From: Podarcis bocagei | Taxonomy: Eukaryota | Strand: one strand, 5' to 3' | Length of the DNA stretch: 64,000 nucleotides | NCBI GenBank assembly: GCA_964188305.1 | Contig: OZ076887.1 | Part shown: positions 34,701-48,429 of the stretch, piece by piece | Layout of the letters: each line of letters begins with the position of its first letter | Position numbering within the stretch: position 1 is the stretch's first letter | The notes under the pieces: generated by a model | The model's input: the letters and a program-made list of their open reading frames with translations, nothing else | What the model was told of the DNA's origin: nothing | Database searches by the model: none | Position numbers and translations under genes: made by a program

Positions 34701-37700
34701 GAAGACACCTGAAGGCAGCTCTGTTTAGGGATGATGTATTTTTTATATTTTGTGGGAAGCCGCCCAGAGTGGCTGGGGAAACCCAGCCAGACGGGTGAGG
34801 TTTTATTTATTTATTTATACTTCTATAATAGAAACATAACTTTGCAACATTCTGACTTCAACAGCACATGCATAGTTATATTTTATGACTGTGTATATCC
34901 ATAATACTCATTTTATTTTGTTTCTTATTCATCTATTTCCAGTATTTTATATTTATCCTTTGTAGAAAAATATGCGTAGGTGGCCAGAAGGATCTAGATC
35001 AATAAATATACAAAAATAATAATTAAGTGCAGAACAGGAGTCAAAGACAACACCAGAAAGATCTAACTTAAGGAGTTTAAATCTAACTAAAAAGAGAAGG
35101 TATGCTGAAGTTAATTTTTTCTGTCTGGCCTGCCAGATATTTAAAAACATTTATCTATTCAGAACATATGGCTTCTTCCACCAACCCATCACTGGAAAAT
35201 CAATGATACTGTCTAGCAAAGCAATAGCGTTTCCTGAGAATAGTGTAGGGAAGGTGGGCTTGTGTTATTTCTCTCCCTACGCCCCTCTCTTATTCTTGAT
35301 GTTGTAGGGATGAAGAGTTAAAAGCTACATCATAGTTTATTAATCAGGTAGGGGTGTGAGCAGGGACTTAAATAAGCTGCAGATTTGTTTCAGAACCTTT
35401 TGCAACATAAATATGTATGGTGCTTGCAGGACAACGACATGATGTAGTTTGAATTTTGCTACTAAATAATGAATATGACTCTTAGTACTTAAAAACCTTG
35501 GAAAGTGTTACATAAATTCTAGTGCTGCTTTGCAAATTTTGGATGACAATTTCAGAATGATTTTCACAGCCCTAAAAATGATAGAAATGTGATAAAATGA
35601 AATAGTAAATATCCAGAAATGTGACACAGATAGGGTGGTATTCAGCTAGGTATTAGTGAACTCGTTGAAATTAATGAGCATGACTAAATATTATTTTAAA
35701 ACCTGATTCTTCCCCTGTAAAATCATGCTCAACTGTCGTTTTTAAATCTTCTGATCAAGAAGCTAACCAATCACTGTGTCAAAGATCACATTTACTTCCA
35801 AAATTCACCCTTAAAACCATTCTAGTTTGAAATCTAGAAAAAAAATGATCTGAAAAAAAATCTAGGCTCTTACAAAGCTCTGTTTTCTGTTGCAGCTACT
35901 AAAAAAAGAAAGTTTTTTTTTTACTAGTAGATAGTGCTCCACATCTGGGGTGAAATGTTAGTTATCAGACAGTTATTTTTCTCCCCTTCCCCCTTGTTAT
36001 CTTCTAGTCATTTCCTGATTTTAAAAAACTGTTTTTCAAAATGAAATGTAGTGGCGTTCCAACCCCCTTGCCTGTGACTATTTTGTTCATTCTCATAGCA
36101 AAGGTGAACATATTACGGGTATGAAGATTATTAAACAATTCATAGTTTCTTGAACTCTCTTCTCAGGCTTATCTATAACTTGTACTATTGCTGAACCACA
36201 ATGCAGTAGTGTATTTCTTATTTTACTACATAGTTGGGAAGAGACCATAGTTCAGTACCTGAGCACATTATTTCACACAAAATTCCCAGTTCAATCCCTG
36301 GCACCACCTGTTAAGCGGGTCAGATAGCAGATGGGAAAGACATCTGCCTGAGACTCTGGAGCTGCCAGAGACAGAACTGGACTATGTGGACAAATAGTCC
36401 AACTTGGAATAAGGCAGTTTTTATTATCTTAGATGTTGCAGAATTATTTCTTCTGCAAGAATCTAGTTCTGCAATCCACAGAAACAGGGACAACCCTTAA
36501 TTAGTTTAAAGCGAGGTAAGGAAGCTGGACCAATAGGGACCATACAGGTACTGTATTCTAATAATGAAGCACGGTTATCATATTTAGTTGTAAATCTATT
36601 TTTATGCTGTTGCAGCTGTACTCTGAAGCTTTTCTCATTTGTTCTTCTAAAAAAATGGGAGGTTAGGAACTGGTTGACCAAAAAATAAATAAAACAACAC
36701 ACTTATTGAGGGGGTGGGAACCAGCATGACTTGGTATCAGTGCTAAACATGTGCTGATATGATGCTTGTCAACAAAGGTACCATAGTCCCAGCCACTAAA
36801 TCAGTAATCAAGGCAGTCAGGAACTGGATTGTACATTGTGGATGTTAATTCAATTTGCATGTGTTTTCTCATTGACAACTATGCTGAAATAAGATTAGAA
36901 GATACACTCTCAGGGTAATGCCCCATCTAGAGTTCACATATTTTCTTTCTGGAAATTGTGGCACATTTTTCAGAGTGCGGAACTGAAGAAACTCAGATGT
37001 GTTGATACACATTGGATTTGCCAGGCTTTATATAACTCAAAAGAGCTGCAGTGGTCTATTCTTTGCTGTGTTAGAACAAGTATAGCTGAATTTTGGTTAC
37101 ATGTGTTCTCTGCTGCAGTCCCATTCTTGCCTGGATTTCAGTGCTGTATGTGCTTAGCTGCTCTGCTAAAGAAGAACTTAGGAAATGTGGCACATAACCT
37201 TAGCAAGGTGGGGGGGGGGGGACCAATCCAGAAACAGTCAATCACATGCCAAAGTCCTAGATGAGGAATTTGTCCAAACAGGCAAGACTAATATTTGGCC
37301 CACCCCAAAATTCAGGTTTTATCTGGAAGCACTTACACCCAGGCCATCTCTAGAATAACAAAGGGACTGGCAGGGATAGGATAAAGCGCTTTTCCCACTC
37401 TGAACCCTTAAATAGCTGAGTATAACAATAACATCAGCACTACGCAGTCCAGAAGACTCGTGGTCCGACTTCTAATTTATTTTGACAGTGGGTTTTCATA
37501 GTAATGTTGAAGTGATGAATTTCAGCTTCCATAATTTGCAGATAAACTAACAGCAGTATATCACTGCTGTAGGCTATATTTTAAAGTATCATCTTCCTGA
37601 AGTTCCCCGATGTGAGTTGGTTCACTTCAGAGCTGCTGAAGAAGGGAAAAGCCAAAACATTTTGCTACAAGAATGTAATCTCTTTTTTATAATCTCTTTT

Positions 37701-40700
37701 GTAATATATATATTGTTTCAGTAATTAACTCAATCCTTCCTGGATTCATAGCAGACATTTGTATTGCTGTTTGAGTCTTGAAAAATTCTCTCCTATAAAA
37801 GTTTACAACTGAGCATTACATCAGTTGACTGACCTCTTGTGTTTTTTCTGAAGACTGTGGTACATTTTATTTTGTAGTTTCAGTATAATGGTATTGTGGA
37901 ATAATATTCCCTTATATTTTGATTTGCCTTTCTTCCAGAAAATGGAATAATCAAGTCAGATAAAGTATTTGAAGTAATGCTTGCAACAGACCGCTGCCAT
38001 TATGCAAAATGCAACCCATATATGGATTCTCCTCAATCAATAGGTATGAAAATTATGTATTCAAAGTCTTTAATGATGACTAAAAGCTTTATTTTCCTAA
38101 GGCCTTGTTGTGTTGAACCAAAGGTGAACTGTTCCAGAAGTGTTGCAAATGCCATCTCGTTAGTCAAGATAACTCTACAATTAATTGGTTGTTGTTGTAG
38201 CAATGATTTGCTCTTGAAAACTGTTTCTTTGTCATTATAATACTTCAGAAATGATATATCTAAGTCCTCATTTGTTGGCTAGCAAAGGTGCTAATGTTGA
38301 ACATTTTGATAAGTGAGCTGTTTTGTTACTCATATCATTCTTTAAATGTTTCATAGGATTTCAAGCAACAATCAGTGCTCCACACATGGTAAGCGTTATA
38401 TTTATATACTATCAGACTGCCTCCTTTAACAACTAAACTTTCATTTTCCTCTTTCTACCCTGATGAAACACCCCAGTGCAGTACATGGTGGGGGGAACCT
38501 AATGCTTATCCCCCACACCCTTTTTAAGTTACAGATAGGTAGCCGTGTTGGTCTGCCATAGATACATAGATACACTGAAACTGAAAGAGTTTCAGTGTAT
38601 CTGAAGAAGTGTGCATGCACATGAAAGCTCATACTAATGACAAACTTAGTTGGTCTTTAAGGTGGTACTGGAAGGATTTTTTAAAAATTCTTTCCCCCGA
38701 CCCTTTTTAAGGATACTGTTAGTTATTAGTGGTTTAAGAAGGTAGGTTTTTTCCCTCTCCCTCATGTTTTTCTTTGTGGGTGGGGTTGGCTTCCAACTCT
38801 GACACCCGTTAACATTCCATATCATAGTTGCTGTCAATAGTAGACTTGATTGATAGATTCACAGTCTGCCTGGCACAAGTTTCTTTTGAATGCTTTTCTG
38901 TCTTTCTGTGTCTAGGCTCATTATGTAAGCTCAATAGATTTTATTAGGGTTTATAGAGAAAAATACAAAACTTAATAGCAAATCTTAAGCTCATGGGTTC
39001 TTGTCAGATAACCTTTGGGGGTCCTAAAAGCCATTTTTCATTTAGTAACATATTTCTTTGTATACTGGGCTCGATCCTCTGAACTGTTATTGTGTAAATG
39101 GACAATTCTGAAATCAAATTTGGGTAGATAAAGGGTTTGGGGATCTTTTTACATTTACAAATTGACAGTTGATATACTTACTTTATGTGGTTTGAAATTG
39201 CAGCTCTTAAATTGTGAAATTGTTTGATATCTATAACAGCTTGATTGAGTTCAGTTACTGGATTCTCTGTAGGGAATTGCATAGTTTGAATTCTTTATGA
39301 AAGAACATAAAATCATAGCATTGTACACTGGGCAAAACCAAAAGTAAAATACCAACATCTTTTCCTTTTTTCCTTTGGTCAGCATGCATATGCTCTAGAA
39401 CTCCTATATGAACAATTACATGAAGGAGCCAAAGCCCTTGATGTAGGATCTGGAAGTGGAATTCTTTCTGCATGCTTTGCACGAATGGTGAGAGGACAAT
39501 TCTTAACCACTTACAATAAATATATGACTCTTGTTAGGTTTCTGTGTGCGTTACAAAATGCTTTATTTTTTATGTCTTTACAAGAGAATTGCAAGGACTT
39601 GATTCTGATATTATTTTATACTTTTAGAAGGATAGGTCTTTTTGGGTACCTTTACAGCAATGCCTTACTGTTTCAATAAAGTCCAGCTCATAAACTTCAG
39701 TGAAGAACATGAAGCAATACTAGCTCAAATCAGCTCATATTTTTGTTTTTTGTATTTAATGCCACCTAATAGTTGGATTGAATATTTTGAAGAAAGAACA
39801 GCCTATGAAGTATGGAAGTAGTCCATTCTGGGGCAAATTCCTGTGTAATGCTTAGTAATAATAACCTGAAAAAGGATACTTTAAAACAGGGCTAGGGATC
39901 CTCAGGGCTAAGGGATCCCTCCAGACCTCTCTGTCTGGCTCTTGGGACTCTCCCCCAGTGATGCTCATTCTCAGACCTCATTGGCCCTGCTCTGCACCCT
40001 CCTTAAGTGCTTTTACCTTGCTGGAATATGCATTGTGAAAATGCCTCTTGTCTGCCTGGGTAGAAGATGCAGAGATGTGTAGAAGCATTTGACTTGTATG
40101 TGGCTGGAATAAAGCTTACTGTACAAATGTAAGAATTGCATCCATTGCTCTGCTGACTTGTTGCCTCTGGCCCATTGACCATCAGCATGCAGGTTCCCCA
40201 GAAGGTTGCTCATGAGGCATTCATGCTGCAAAATGTTTCACATCCCCACTTCAATACCTTCCTCAGTGATTTTTCTTACTGATCATGTAAGAAAGCAAGC
40301 AGGGGTATGCAGGATTTTCTGTTTCTATTTTCTTTTGCAGAGTGTGCGATGTGTATGACATGCCATTAATATAGAAGTAGACTCCAGACTCTGCATTCTT
40401 CTTTTAACATCAACTTGCAACATGGAACACACTCTTATTTTTTTAAAAAACCCATCATATTTCTTTCCCATAATCTTGTAAGAAAATAAGAACTGCCAAG
40501 GTCCATCTAGTTCAGTATTCTTTTTCCAGCTAGTGGCTCCTTTCCATCATCTCAGTATATCTTAAGAAACCCTGAACTTTAAAAAAAGTTGCCTTGTCAC
40601 CTGTGTAATCCTGCTTAGGTGAATCAGCAGTCAATACTAGTGCTGAACAGATTATATTGTATTATATTTCAAATGCCAATAGAATGTTAAGTTAAAAAAA

Positions 40701-43196
40701 AAGTTCTGTACATAACAAAATAAGTTGCTATTCATGTATTTCATAGTAAAACTGCTAACATGCAGCACTGGTTTGAGGCCTTAAAATATTCATATCTTCT
40801 TGGAATGTTAATTAAAATATCTTAATATGAAAAAAAATTGGGAAATGACTTCATAAGTATGGACCATGAGAAACTCAAAAGTATTTATGGCAATAACTTT
40901 ATTAGAGGAAACTTGCATGCCAAACATTCTAAGGCAAAATGGATGTGGTGAAACTGGGGTAAGAGAAACAGATAGATAGATAATAGGAAAAACCCATACA
41001 GTGGTGCCTCGCAAGACGAAAAGAATCCGTTCTGTGAGTCTCTTCGTCTAGCGGTTTTTTCGTCTTGCGAAGCAAGCCCATTGACGGATTAGCGGATTAG
41101 CGCTATTAGCGGCTTTTAGCGGCTTATCGGCTTAGCAGATAAGCGGATAAGCCGCTTAGCGGCTTAGAAAAAGGGGGGGGGGAAGGAAAAAAAACCCACA
41201 GGAACTCGCAAGACATTTTCGTCTTGCGAAGCAAGCCCATAGGAAATTCGTCTTGCGAAGCACCTCCAAAACGGAAAACTCTTTCGTCTAGCGAGTTTTC
41301 CGTCTTGCGAGGCATTTGTCTTGCGGGGCACCACTATATTAGGTTTTATCCTTCGTCTCCTGTAGCCTTTGCTTATAACTTCAATTGAAAGTAAAAGTAA
41401 GAAACTGAATACATACATAGTACATTCCGTACCAAAATAAACTTGTTTTGTTTCAGGTTGGTCCCAAAGGACAAGTTGTAGGAATTGATCATATCAAAGA
41501 GTTGGTAGATGACTCAATAAATAATGTTAAAAAGGACGATCCCCTATTGTTATCTTCAGGAAGAGTGAAACTGATTGGTAGGTACTGGAGTATATTAACA
41601 GTAAAAAATAGGTATAGGAATATGGTTGTTCACTGCAGGGTCTTACTTTTTGTAGTAGGTTTTCTATGAAATATAAACAACTAGAGTAGTTAGGTTTACT
41701 ATCCAACTTATATAATTTTATTTAATTATTATGTTTACTTTTTGATGGGGTTTTTTAAACAAAAACCTTCCAAACCCACTAATAACTTCATTTTCAGTTA
41801 CATGTGCTTAGGTCTGTAATCTTTTGCAAGCTACTGTGCTTAGTGACCAGGTCATGGGATCCGATCTAAGAAGTTTAGCGTTGGCACAGGGAGTCATAGC
41901 CTTTCAAACTGGGTTTCATTTGTGGGTCCACTCTGTAAAAGTGTTTCCTTTTTATGGCACTGCAGTTGCACAAGAGCAGAAATCACTAGGAGCCCTTTCC
42001 AATCCTCATGTACAGCTGCCATTTGTTCTGTCCACATCTGGCTGCATTTAGTGAACTACTGCTGTTTGGTACTAATTCCCTGGAACCCAGGTCGTTCATT
42101 CCCAGTAGAAATTTCAGTTGGGAATCTGATTAAAATTTAGGAGGCTAATTGTGGCTATTTTTAATTTCAACATTTTTTTGCTGGTTCCACATAAATTCAT
42201 AAACTTAGTTAAGATTTCATCTATGAGTTCAGTGTCTTGAATAAGCTGAGGACAATATGAAGTCAGCTGTTCCTCATCCTTGTATATATCTTTCCCCCCC
42301 TTGTAGTGGGAGATGGAAGGCTGGGATATTCTGAAGAAGCTCCATATGATGCTATTCATGTAGGAGCTGCTGCACCAGTTGTTCCCCAAGCAGTAAGTGA
42401 TTTATGCATATATATGGTACATATTGTTTCCTATGATTTTTCTTTATTAATTGAAATAATTAATTGGATGCTTATACCTGCTTTAAATGATGGGCTTTTT
42501 AATTAGATTTCATTAAATGAAACACATTACAACAGTGGAATTTGATTTGGTATACTAATAGGTGATATTGATGTTTTTTGGAATTGGGGGTGATGGTGGT
42601 TTGGAAATGAAAAGCTTTGCACAGGGCAGGCCCAAATCCCTTTTAATTTTTTCAAGGCAAATAAAGACTGGGACATTCCAAACTATCCCCTCTCCTTTTA
42701 CCTGTTTCCAGAACTTAGCTTCCAGTAATTTTTCAGGGGGAAGGGCTAGAACTGTGGGCCGTGTCTCAGACCATTAGGCCTAAAAGCTCTTACCATCAAG
42801 GAGTATAATACAATATTGTTTGTTATTTTACATTGTACAAGGTAGGGATCTTAGAGTTGTATCCATCTATGTAATTAAGACTCAAGAGCAGACCCATTGA
42901 AATTAATGGACCTAAATTAGTAATTTCCATTAATTTCAATGGGTCTGCTTTGAGTATAACTAACACTGCTTAGGAGTACACTTGCTGTGAATAATTAACT
43001 TTTTTTAAATTTATAGCTTATAGATCAATTAAAGCCTGGTGGAAGGTTAATATTACCTGTTGGACCTGCTGGAGGAAACCAGATGCTGGAACAGTACGAT
43101 AAGCTAGAAGATGGCAGTGTCAAAATGAAGCCTCTGATGGGAGTGATATATGTGCCTTTAACAGATAAGGAGAAGCAGTGGTCCAGGTGGAAGTGA
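31051..43196 (+). CDS. PCMT1: Protein-L-isoaspartate(D-aspartate) O-methyltransferase, isoform I (...SRWK), 227 aa
   Basis: Exons 31051-31105 ([18 protein letters not shown]), 37939-38043, 38357-38388, 39383-39487 (SAM motif [10 protein letters not shown]), 41457-41577, 42307-42392 ([11 protein letters not shown]), 43017-43196 ([10 protein letters not shown]...WSRWK*). Total 684 nt, all GT-AG. Confidence 0.98.
32090..33560 (-). mobile_element. Old degenerate L2-clade LINE (RT region to 3' end)
   Basis: Degenerate remnants of VPQG-, PSWL- and FKVL-type ORF2 motifs on the minus strand. Many stops. Confidence 0.5.
34400..34820 (+). mobile_element. L2-clade LINE 3' end
   Basis: Translates [31 protein letters not shown] and ends GGAAGCCGCCCAGAGTGGCTGGGGAAACCCAGCCAG. 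An inverted copy of this tail is at about 34120-34205 and another tail fragment at about 26753-26810. Confidence 0.8.
36236..36420 (+). mobile_element. Degenerate tRNA-derived squamate SINE (Squam3-like)
   Basis: A/B-box-like head (TAGTTCAGT...CAGTTCAATCCC) and TAAGGCAG-type tail. Confidence 0.55.
38527..38680 (+). mobile_element. Penelope-like element fragment with inverted terminal-repeat arrangement (PCMT1 intron 3)
   Basis: Same sequence as 27875-28007, but the 3' part is inverted and placed in front, with a 15-bp fold-back at the junction. Confidence 0.7.
38597..38634 (+). ncRNA. Putative minimal type I hammerhead ribozyme motif
   Basis: GUAU-CUGAAGA-A-[GUGUGCAUGCACAU]-GAA-AGCU-C-AUAC: both core boxes, 4-bp stem I, palindromic stem II and 4-nt palindromic stem III. 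Confidence 0.55.
40999..41336. mobile_element. Same Tigger-like MITE family, copy 2 (PCMT1 intron 4)
   Basis: Same TIR and internal sequence as 302-640, TA flanks. Confidence 0.9.
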
Positions 43197-46100
43197 TTTT
43201 CTGTTCAACTTTCTTCTTCCACACACTTACACATACAAGGTGAAAGGGTCTTGAATCTTGATTCTTAAGACATAGCTTGCCAAGGCTGCTTTTGCTCCCT
43301 GCTTTCTGCTTGACTCTACCACCAAAAGCAACCTCTTGCATTGTTACATCACCACATGCAAGTTTTTGTGTGTCTCATTAAATGCTGGGGAAAATACCAT
43401 TGCATTGATTGCGTTTATTTCATTTTTCATTATAACTTGTGTCTTCTTGAGGTTCTCTAGTATAAGCTAAAAATATTACCTACATTTTGAGACTAAAGTA
43501 TTCCCAAAATACAAAGTTCTTATTGCTGTCTTGGGTTAGATTTTGATAAGTATGCATTATAAGCAAGGTGCAATAGATCAGACTGTGTTTCACACTGCAA
43601 GTGTCTGCCTGACTTCTATAAAGGAAAGGAATTTCCCAGTTTTCAAAAGTTAAACATTGCTCAGAAACCTTTAGAGCAAGCAATCTAATTACGGATATTT
43701 TTACATGTTAGTTGTTTAGCTTTAAGACAAGTTCACTATAGTTGATCAAAAGCAACCCAAGCCCAAATACTTTACATTTGCTATTTTCAAAGAAGTTGGT
43801 ATTGGATGTGCGATAATGTTTGTCATATTTTCTTCAAGCTGACAAACTTTTCATTTTCAACAAGCTACCAGGTCACAGAGATTTTTAACTCTGGGAGCTG
43901 TCAGGGTTTGTGGATAGCTTTGTAGTTTAGGGCACACATAACAGAGTAATCAGTGCTAAAAGGGTGCCTATCATTAGCATGCATATGAATAAGTCAGCAG
44001 TCCTGCACAGCTGGCTAGATAGAAATGCTTGTGAACTGTCTTTGTTGATGAGATAAACACATGCCTGATTAGCTCTCCAAATCTATAAAGTTTTACTTTG
44101 ACATTTAATAAAAATGTAGCATTTCTAGACACTTTACAGCTGTAGAAATATCTGTGCAAAAATAAACTAATTAATTTTGCTTTTCTGCCTTCAATGGAAG
44201 GCTCACTGTTTTGTGGGAACAGTACTGAGCTACTGCGTAGCATACCGATAACTTCATGAATGAATTGCTTCTGACCAAAAGCTGCTACAAAAAGCTTGTT
44301 TTATATTCAGAGACCTAGATTATGCTGAGCAAATTAATATTTGCTATTTGTTTAAATGCTATATTAATATTTTATTGATGGATAGCCTTTGCTTCCGAAG
44401 CAGATTTAGTAGAGCCTTATAACTTATTACTGCTACTAAAAAACCTGAGCCTATGACAAGCAACAGTTACCTCTAGGTTAGTGTGCAATTTCCCATTTTC
44501 ACCAAAATAGTGTTTTTTTGCTGATAATGGAGAGATAGCTCTACACAGCTAGTATAGGCTGTGTATAGCCCTCTTAGCCTCAAATAACTGCTGGCAACAG
44601 ATGCATGGTATTCACATTCTCCCACTCAGTGAAGGTTGCATATTTGGTTATGTCCTTGTAACGTCCTGGGTAGAAGCAGAAACCTTCACCCCTGCAGTTG
44701 CTGTTTGGAAGGCAGATAGGTATATTTTCTGTTTTTATGTAATAGATAGATAAAGGTGATATGGTGTAGTGTGTCATAAAATAGGAAGGTCTTCTTTTCA
44801 TTAAAATCTCCATTAAAGCTAAACACTTTTGAGCTTAGCTATTAGTCTATCCATTATTTGAAAACTGACTGAAGTGCCTCAAACAGAACCTCCATTTGGA
44901 AATTGGTTATAAATATTGACAGATCTGAATGAAGCCTACTGAAGATCAAGAAGGTGTTGCAACAGTCATTAATACAGATATTGCTTAAAGAATTTAGAAA
45001 CATCAGAGCAACTGGAAGAAGATTCAGTTTACAAAAATGTCAGCTAGCACTCCCGAGATACAAGCTAACAGCTAGTGCAGTGAAGAAAATGCAGAATGAG
45101 TAAGCTGGTCAGTAGGTTTTATGCTTACATTTCAATTAATCTGATCTCCCTACCTGTAGGGATCAAGCCATGTGTCTACTTATTTGCAAATAATAATAAT
45201 AATAATAATAACAACAAATTATTTATATTATTTATACATTGGACACTTCGTTGTGAGAGAAGCTGGATTGGGGCCAGTTCACATAACTGCTTTCTTTTCC
45301 CAAGCCTTACTTTTTACAGCACTCCGTTGTGGTGATAGATATGGCTGTCATCACAAGGTGATTGCAAAAATCTGTCTATTTAAATACTGCTCATCAAAGT
45401 AATCGTATTTCAGAATGAGCTTACAAACTAAAATGTACATCCATTTATTTGAATGTATGTAAAATTCTAAAAGGTTTCAATTTGAACCACCACAAATATA
45501 ATCATGAGGAAATCATATCAGGGTTGTGCTTCTGCAGCAAAAGTTCTTAAGCCACAAAAATGCAAGTCTCCAGAAGACCATGACCACAAGACACAATTCC
45601 ACCTCAGAAGTCCTTGCTGCTGCTGCTGCTGCTCCTTTGCTCTGCTTTACACCCCAAATCATTGCATGGCTTTTTCTTGGATTATATTTCCCCCCACAAC
45701 CAGTGATGGCACCAGAAAAAATGGGGGCACAGAAGGGGCTGAGCATATGGTGGGCGAGTTGTTTTCTGAAATTAACATAACAGAATATGCTAATGACAGC
45801 AAGGGGGAGCCATGTGGAGGTGGCTCAAGCTCCTTGTTGGGGGGGGGCACGCCAAAGAGTTGATAGAATAGCAGTAGTATGAAGTCGTGTATATGGTTTC
45901 TGACATTTATGTACGCTTTTACTTTGCCTGTTAGAAAGATACTTGAATACTGTATTTGTATATTCTCTATTGCTATAGAAGAAGCTACACACATCTATTC
46001 CACTCTGAATCTTTGTCCTTGGCTTCAGGTTTTTCAGTGGTATAGGTACTATTTAGTCCTGGATCAGTTAAAATCAGTTGAGAAAGATGTTCTGAAAAAC

Positions 46101-46927
46101 AAGCAGTATTTTATAATTTGTATTGCTCTGTAATTAGCTACTGCTTTGGTCCATGCCTCATCGTTATAACAGTGGAATCAAAGGCTCTGTTCTTTCTGGT
46201 TTGTGGATAGGGAACTATAGGTGAAGCAAAGTAACTAGTTCAGACCCCCTCGGCAAGTCCATGACTTGAACTGAACTCCTCAGATGTAAGTCTACCATAT
46301 TGCAGGCCAACTAGACTTCAAGTGCAGATGTAGGTCCTGTTCAAAAAAACAAATTAGCATTAAGAGGCAATGAAAAGCAGCAGGAGTAGTTGAAGAGTTT
46401 GAGCCTTTCCTTGCTTGCTGTTTCTCAGCTACATATATCCTCCTGCCACTCTCCACAAGGAATTCACAAATTCAATGCCTTGTTTGCCCCAGGGTGGTCT
46501 ACATTCCTCTGGACAGAACAAGGGTCTCCCTGTTCACTGGATGGGGAGCCTGTTATCAACACTATGAAGTCTAATTTTGAACTTAGGTTTCACATTTTGC
46601 AGCCTTTGGTGCAGGTTCCAAGAATAACTGGACTATAATGGCAAATGAATCTACAGTATATGGTATACAAAGAGCTAAAGCATTATCTTCTTCAGTAAAA
46701 AGGTAGACTTGTGATTTTACAGCTAATGGCATTTTAAATGACATTGACCGAAGCATAGGAAGTATTTTTGCTTTATGTGGCACTACTAGTTTGATATTCT
46801 TGACCCTTCTTTTGGCTTAAGTACCTGAACAGGCTTATTCAATTTTGCTGCAGTATCTGAGAACGAGTTTAATTTTGAGGAGTTAAAGTGGAAGACTAGA
46901 CTTGTAATTTTTGTCCTCTTTTTGCAG

Positions 46928-46940
46928 GGATGAAATGTAA
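46928..46940 (+). CDS. PCMT1: PCMT1 terminal exon 8 coding part (isoform II end, R-D-E-M-stop)
   Basis: Polypyrimidine tract plus tttgcag|G GAT GAA ATG TAA. Joins the internal donor TCC AG|GTGGAA after 43186. A second donor after 43239 gives isoform I. Confidence 0.85.
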
Positions 46941-47697
46941 AAGCTACGTCATCTGACCCAAACATAGTGTTAACAGTGGACTGCTCATCTCCAATTCTTA
47001 AAAGCTTTTCAAAACCAACAGCATTGCAGCTTGTTTTGGACTTTGTTACACTGTTATCAGCATGGAAAAGTGTGGTGTTTTTTATTTTGTAGAAGTTAAT
47101 GCAAGTTTGATAATGAACTGATGGAAAGTTTAAATCTGGGCAAATGTTTCTTTTCAACATGCCCTTATTTTCACCTGTTTAAAGAAGTGAAATATGTCTG
47201 CAGAAAGCCAGACAGACCTGCAATTTGTTATCTTCTTTATTTTGGATTGGGAAACGTTCTGAACACTTCTTTCAGCTCCAGTGTTCGTCCATCAAACCGC
47301 TTATCTGCACTTTCTGACACTACATGCACACTATATGGTTCCTGTGTTCAGCTGTCTTCTAGATGCTACTAAAATGAGATTAAGTTCTTCAAAGCTTTCA
47401 GCGTGGTGTCATAGACTAGCATGTAGTATATACAATCAGCTGCTTTCTTCCCTTTAAAAATCAGATATCGTGTATATAAACTTCAAGACATCAGAAGTGA
47501 CAGCTCTTGTTGAATACACTGCTGTTCAAGATGGACATAACTGACATAGTTTTCTCCCTTTTACTTGTAGAATAACTTAGAGGTTTATAGTAGAGTATTG
47601 TTTGCAAATTTGATGTACCTGAATTTAAAACTGTATAACAAATACTGTGTAAGCTATGTCCTAATCATTGAACAGTTTATGCAATGCTGCTTTGCCA

Positions 47698-47703
47698 AAT
47701 AAA
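47698..47703 (+). terminator. PCMT1: PCMT1 polyadenylation signal (AATAAA)
   Basis: AATAAA about 760 nt into exon 8, followed by a GT/T-rich downstream tract. Confidence 0.7.
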
Positions 47704-48429
47704 ATTCAAAACAAAAAGGGTTTGCAAGTGCTATTTTTAATGGGAAGGTGTCTGGGTAGTTGACCCATTTGCTAAACATTAGAAAAGACTTTTACCAACA
47801 GCTAATTTTCAGAAGTGTGAAAGTTCTTGTGTGATCCTTATGTTGTTTTTGAAACACATGTTCACTTTCTCCTGTTGTACCTGCAAGGAGACACTTGCTT
47901 TTTTAAAAAAGCAACACACCTTGAGTGCTTATTGTAACAGAAGTGTGTGGTTTTGTGTGCAGCTGTTGCTACCTATCAGGTAGTGTACATAATCCCTGAT
48001 GTTTCAAAGATAGGGCATAGATCTGCACAGAATTTGCATATGATTTGTGTCACATGCAAATTTGTGTCCTTTTTGTAGGTTGAGTGCCTAAAAAATAAAT
48101 ATGTGTCCATAAAAATAATAAAAGGCACACAGAATGTGACTAGGTAAAGCTTTTCCCTTCATATTATTTCCATACTAGAAAATATTTAACCTGTTGAACT
48201 CTTCTGCCTGCCACACAGCTATTAAAGACACAATAACCATGCTTTCCCCCTATGCCAACCCTAAACCAAAGCCTAGGTGGCAGTCCTATATTCACTTAAC
48301 CTCAGAATAAGCTCCATTAAACCCAAAGACGTGCAATCTATAAACTTCAATGAAAGCAGAAATGTGTAGTAATTGTTTTACTGTTTTAACTGCTTTATTC
48401 TAATTGTGATAAATCATCAGTATCAAGAT

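Noticed and set aside
45504-45994. Overlapping 77-119 aa ORFs in PCMT1 intron 7
   Set aside because: No domain similarity or convincing splice sites. They include a short CTG repeat.
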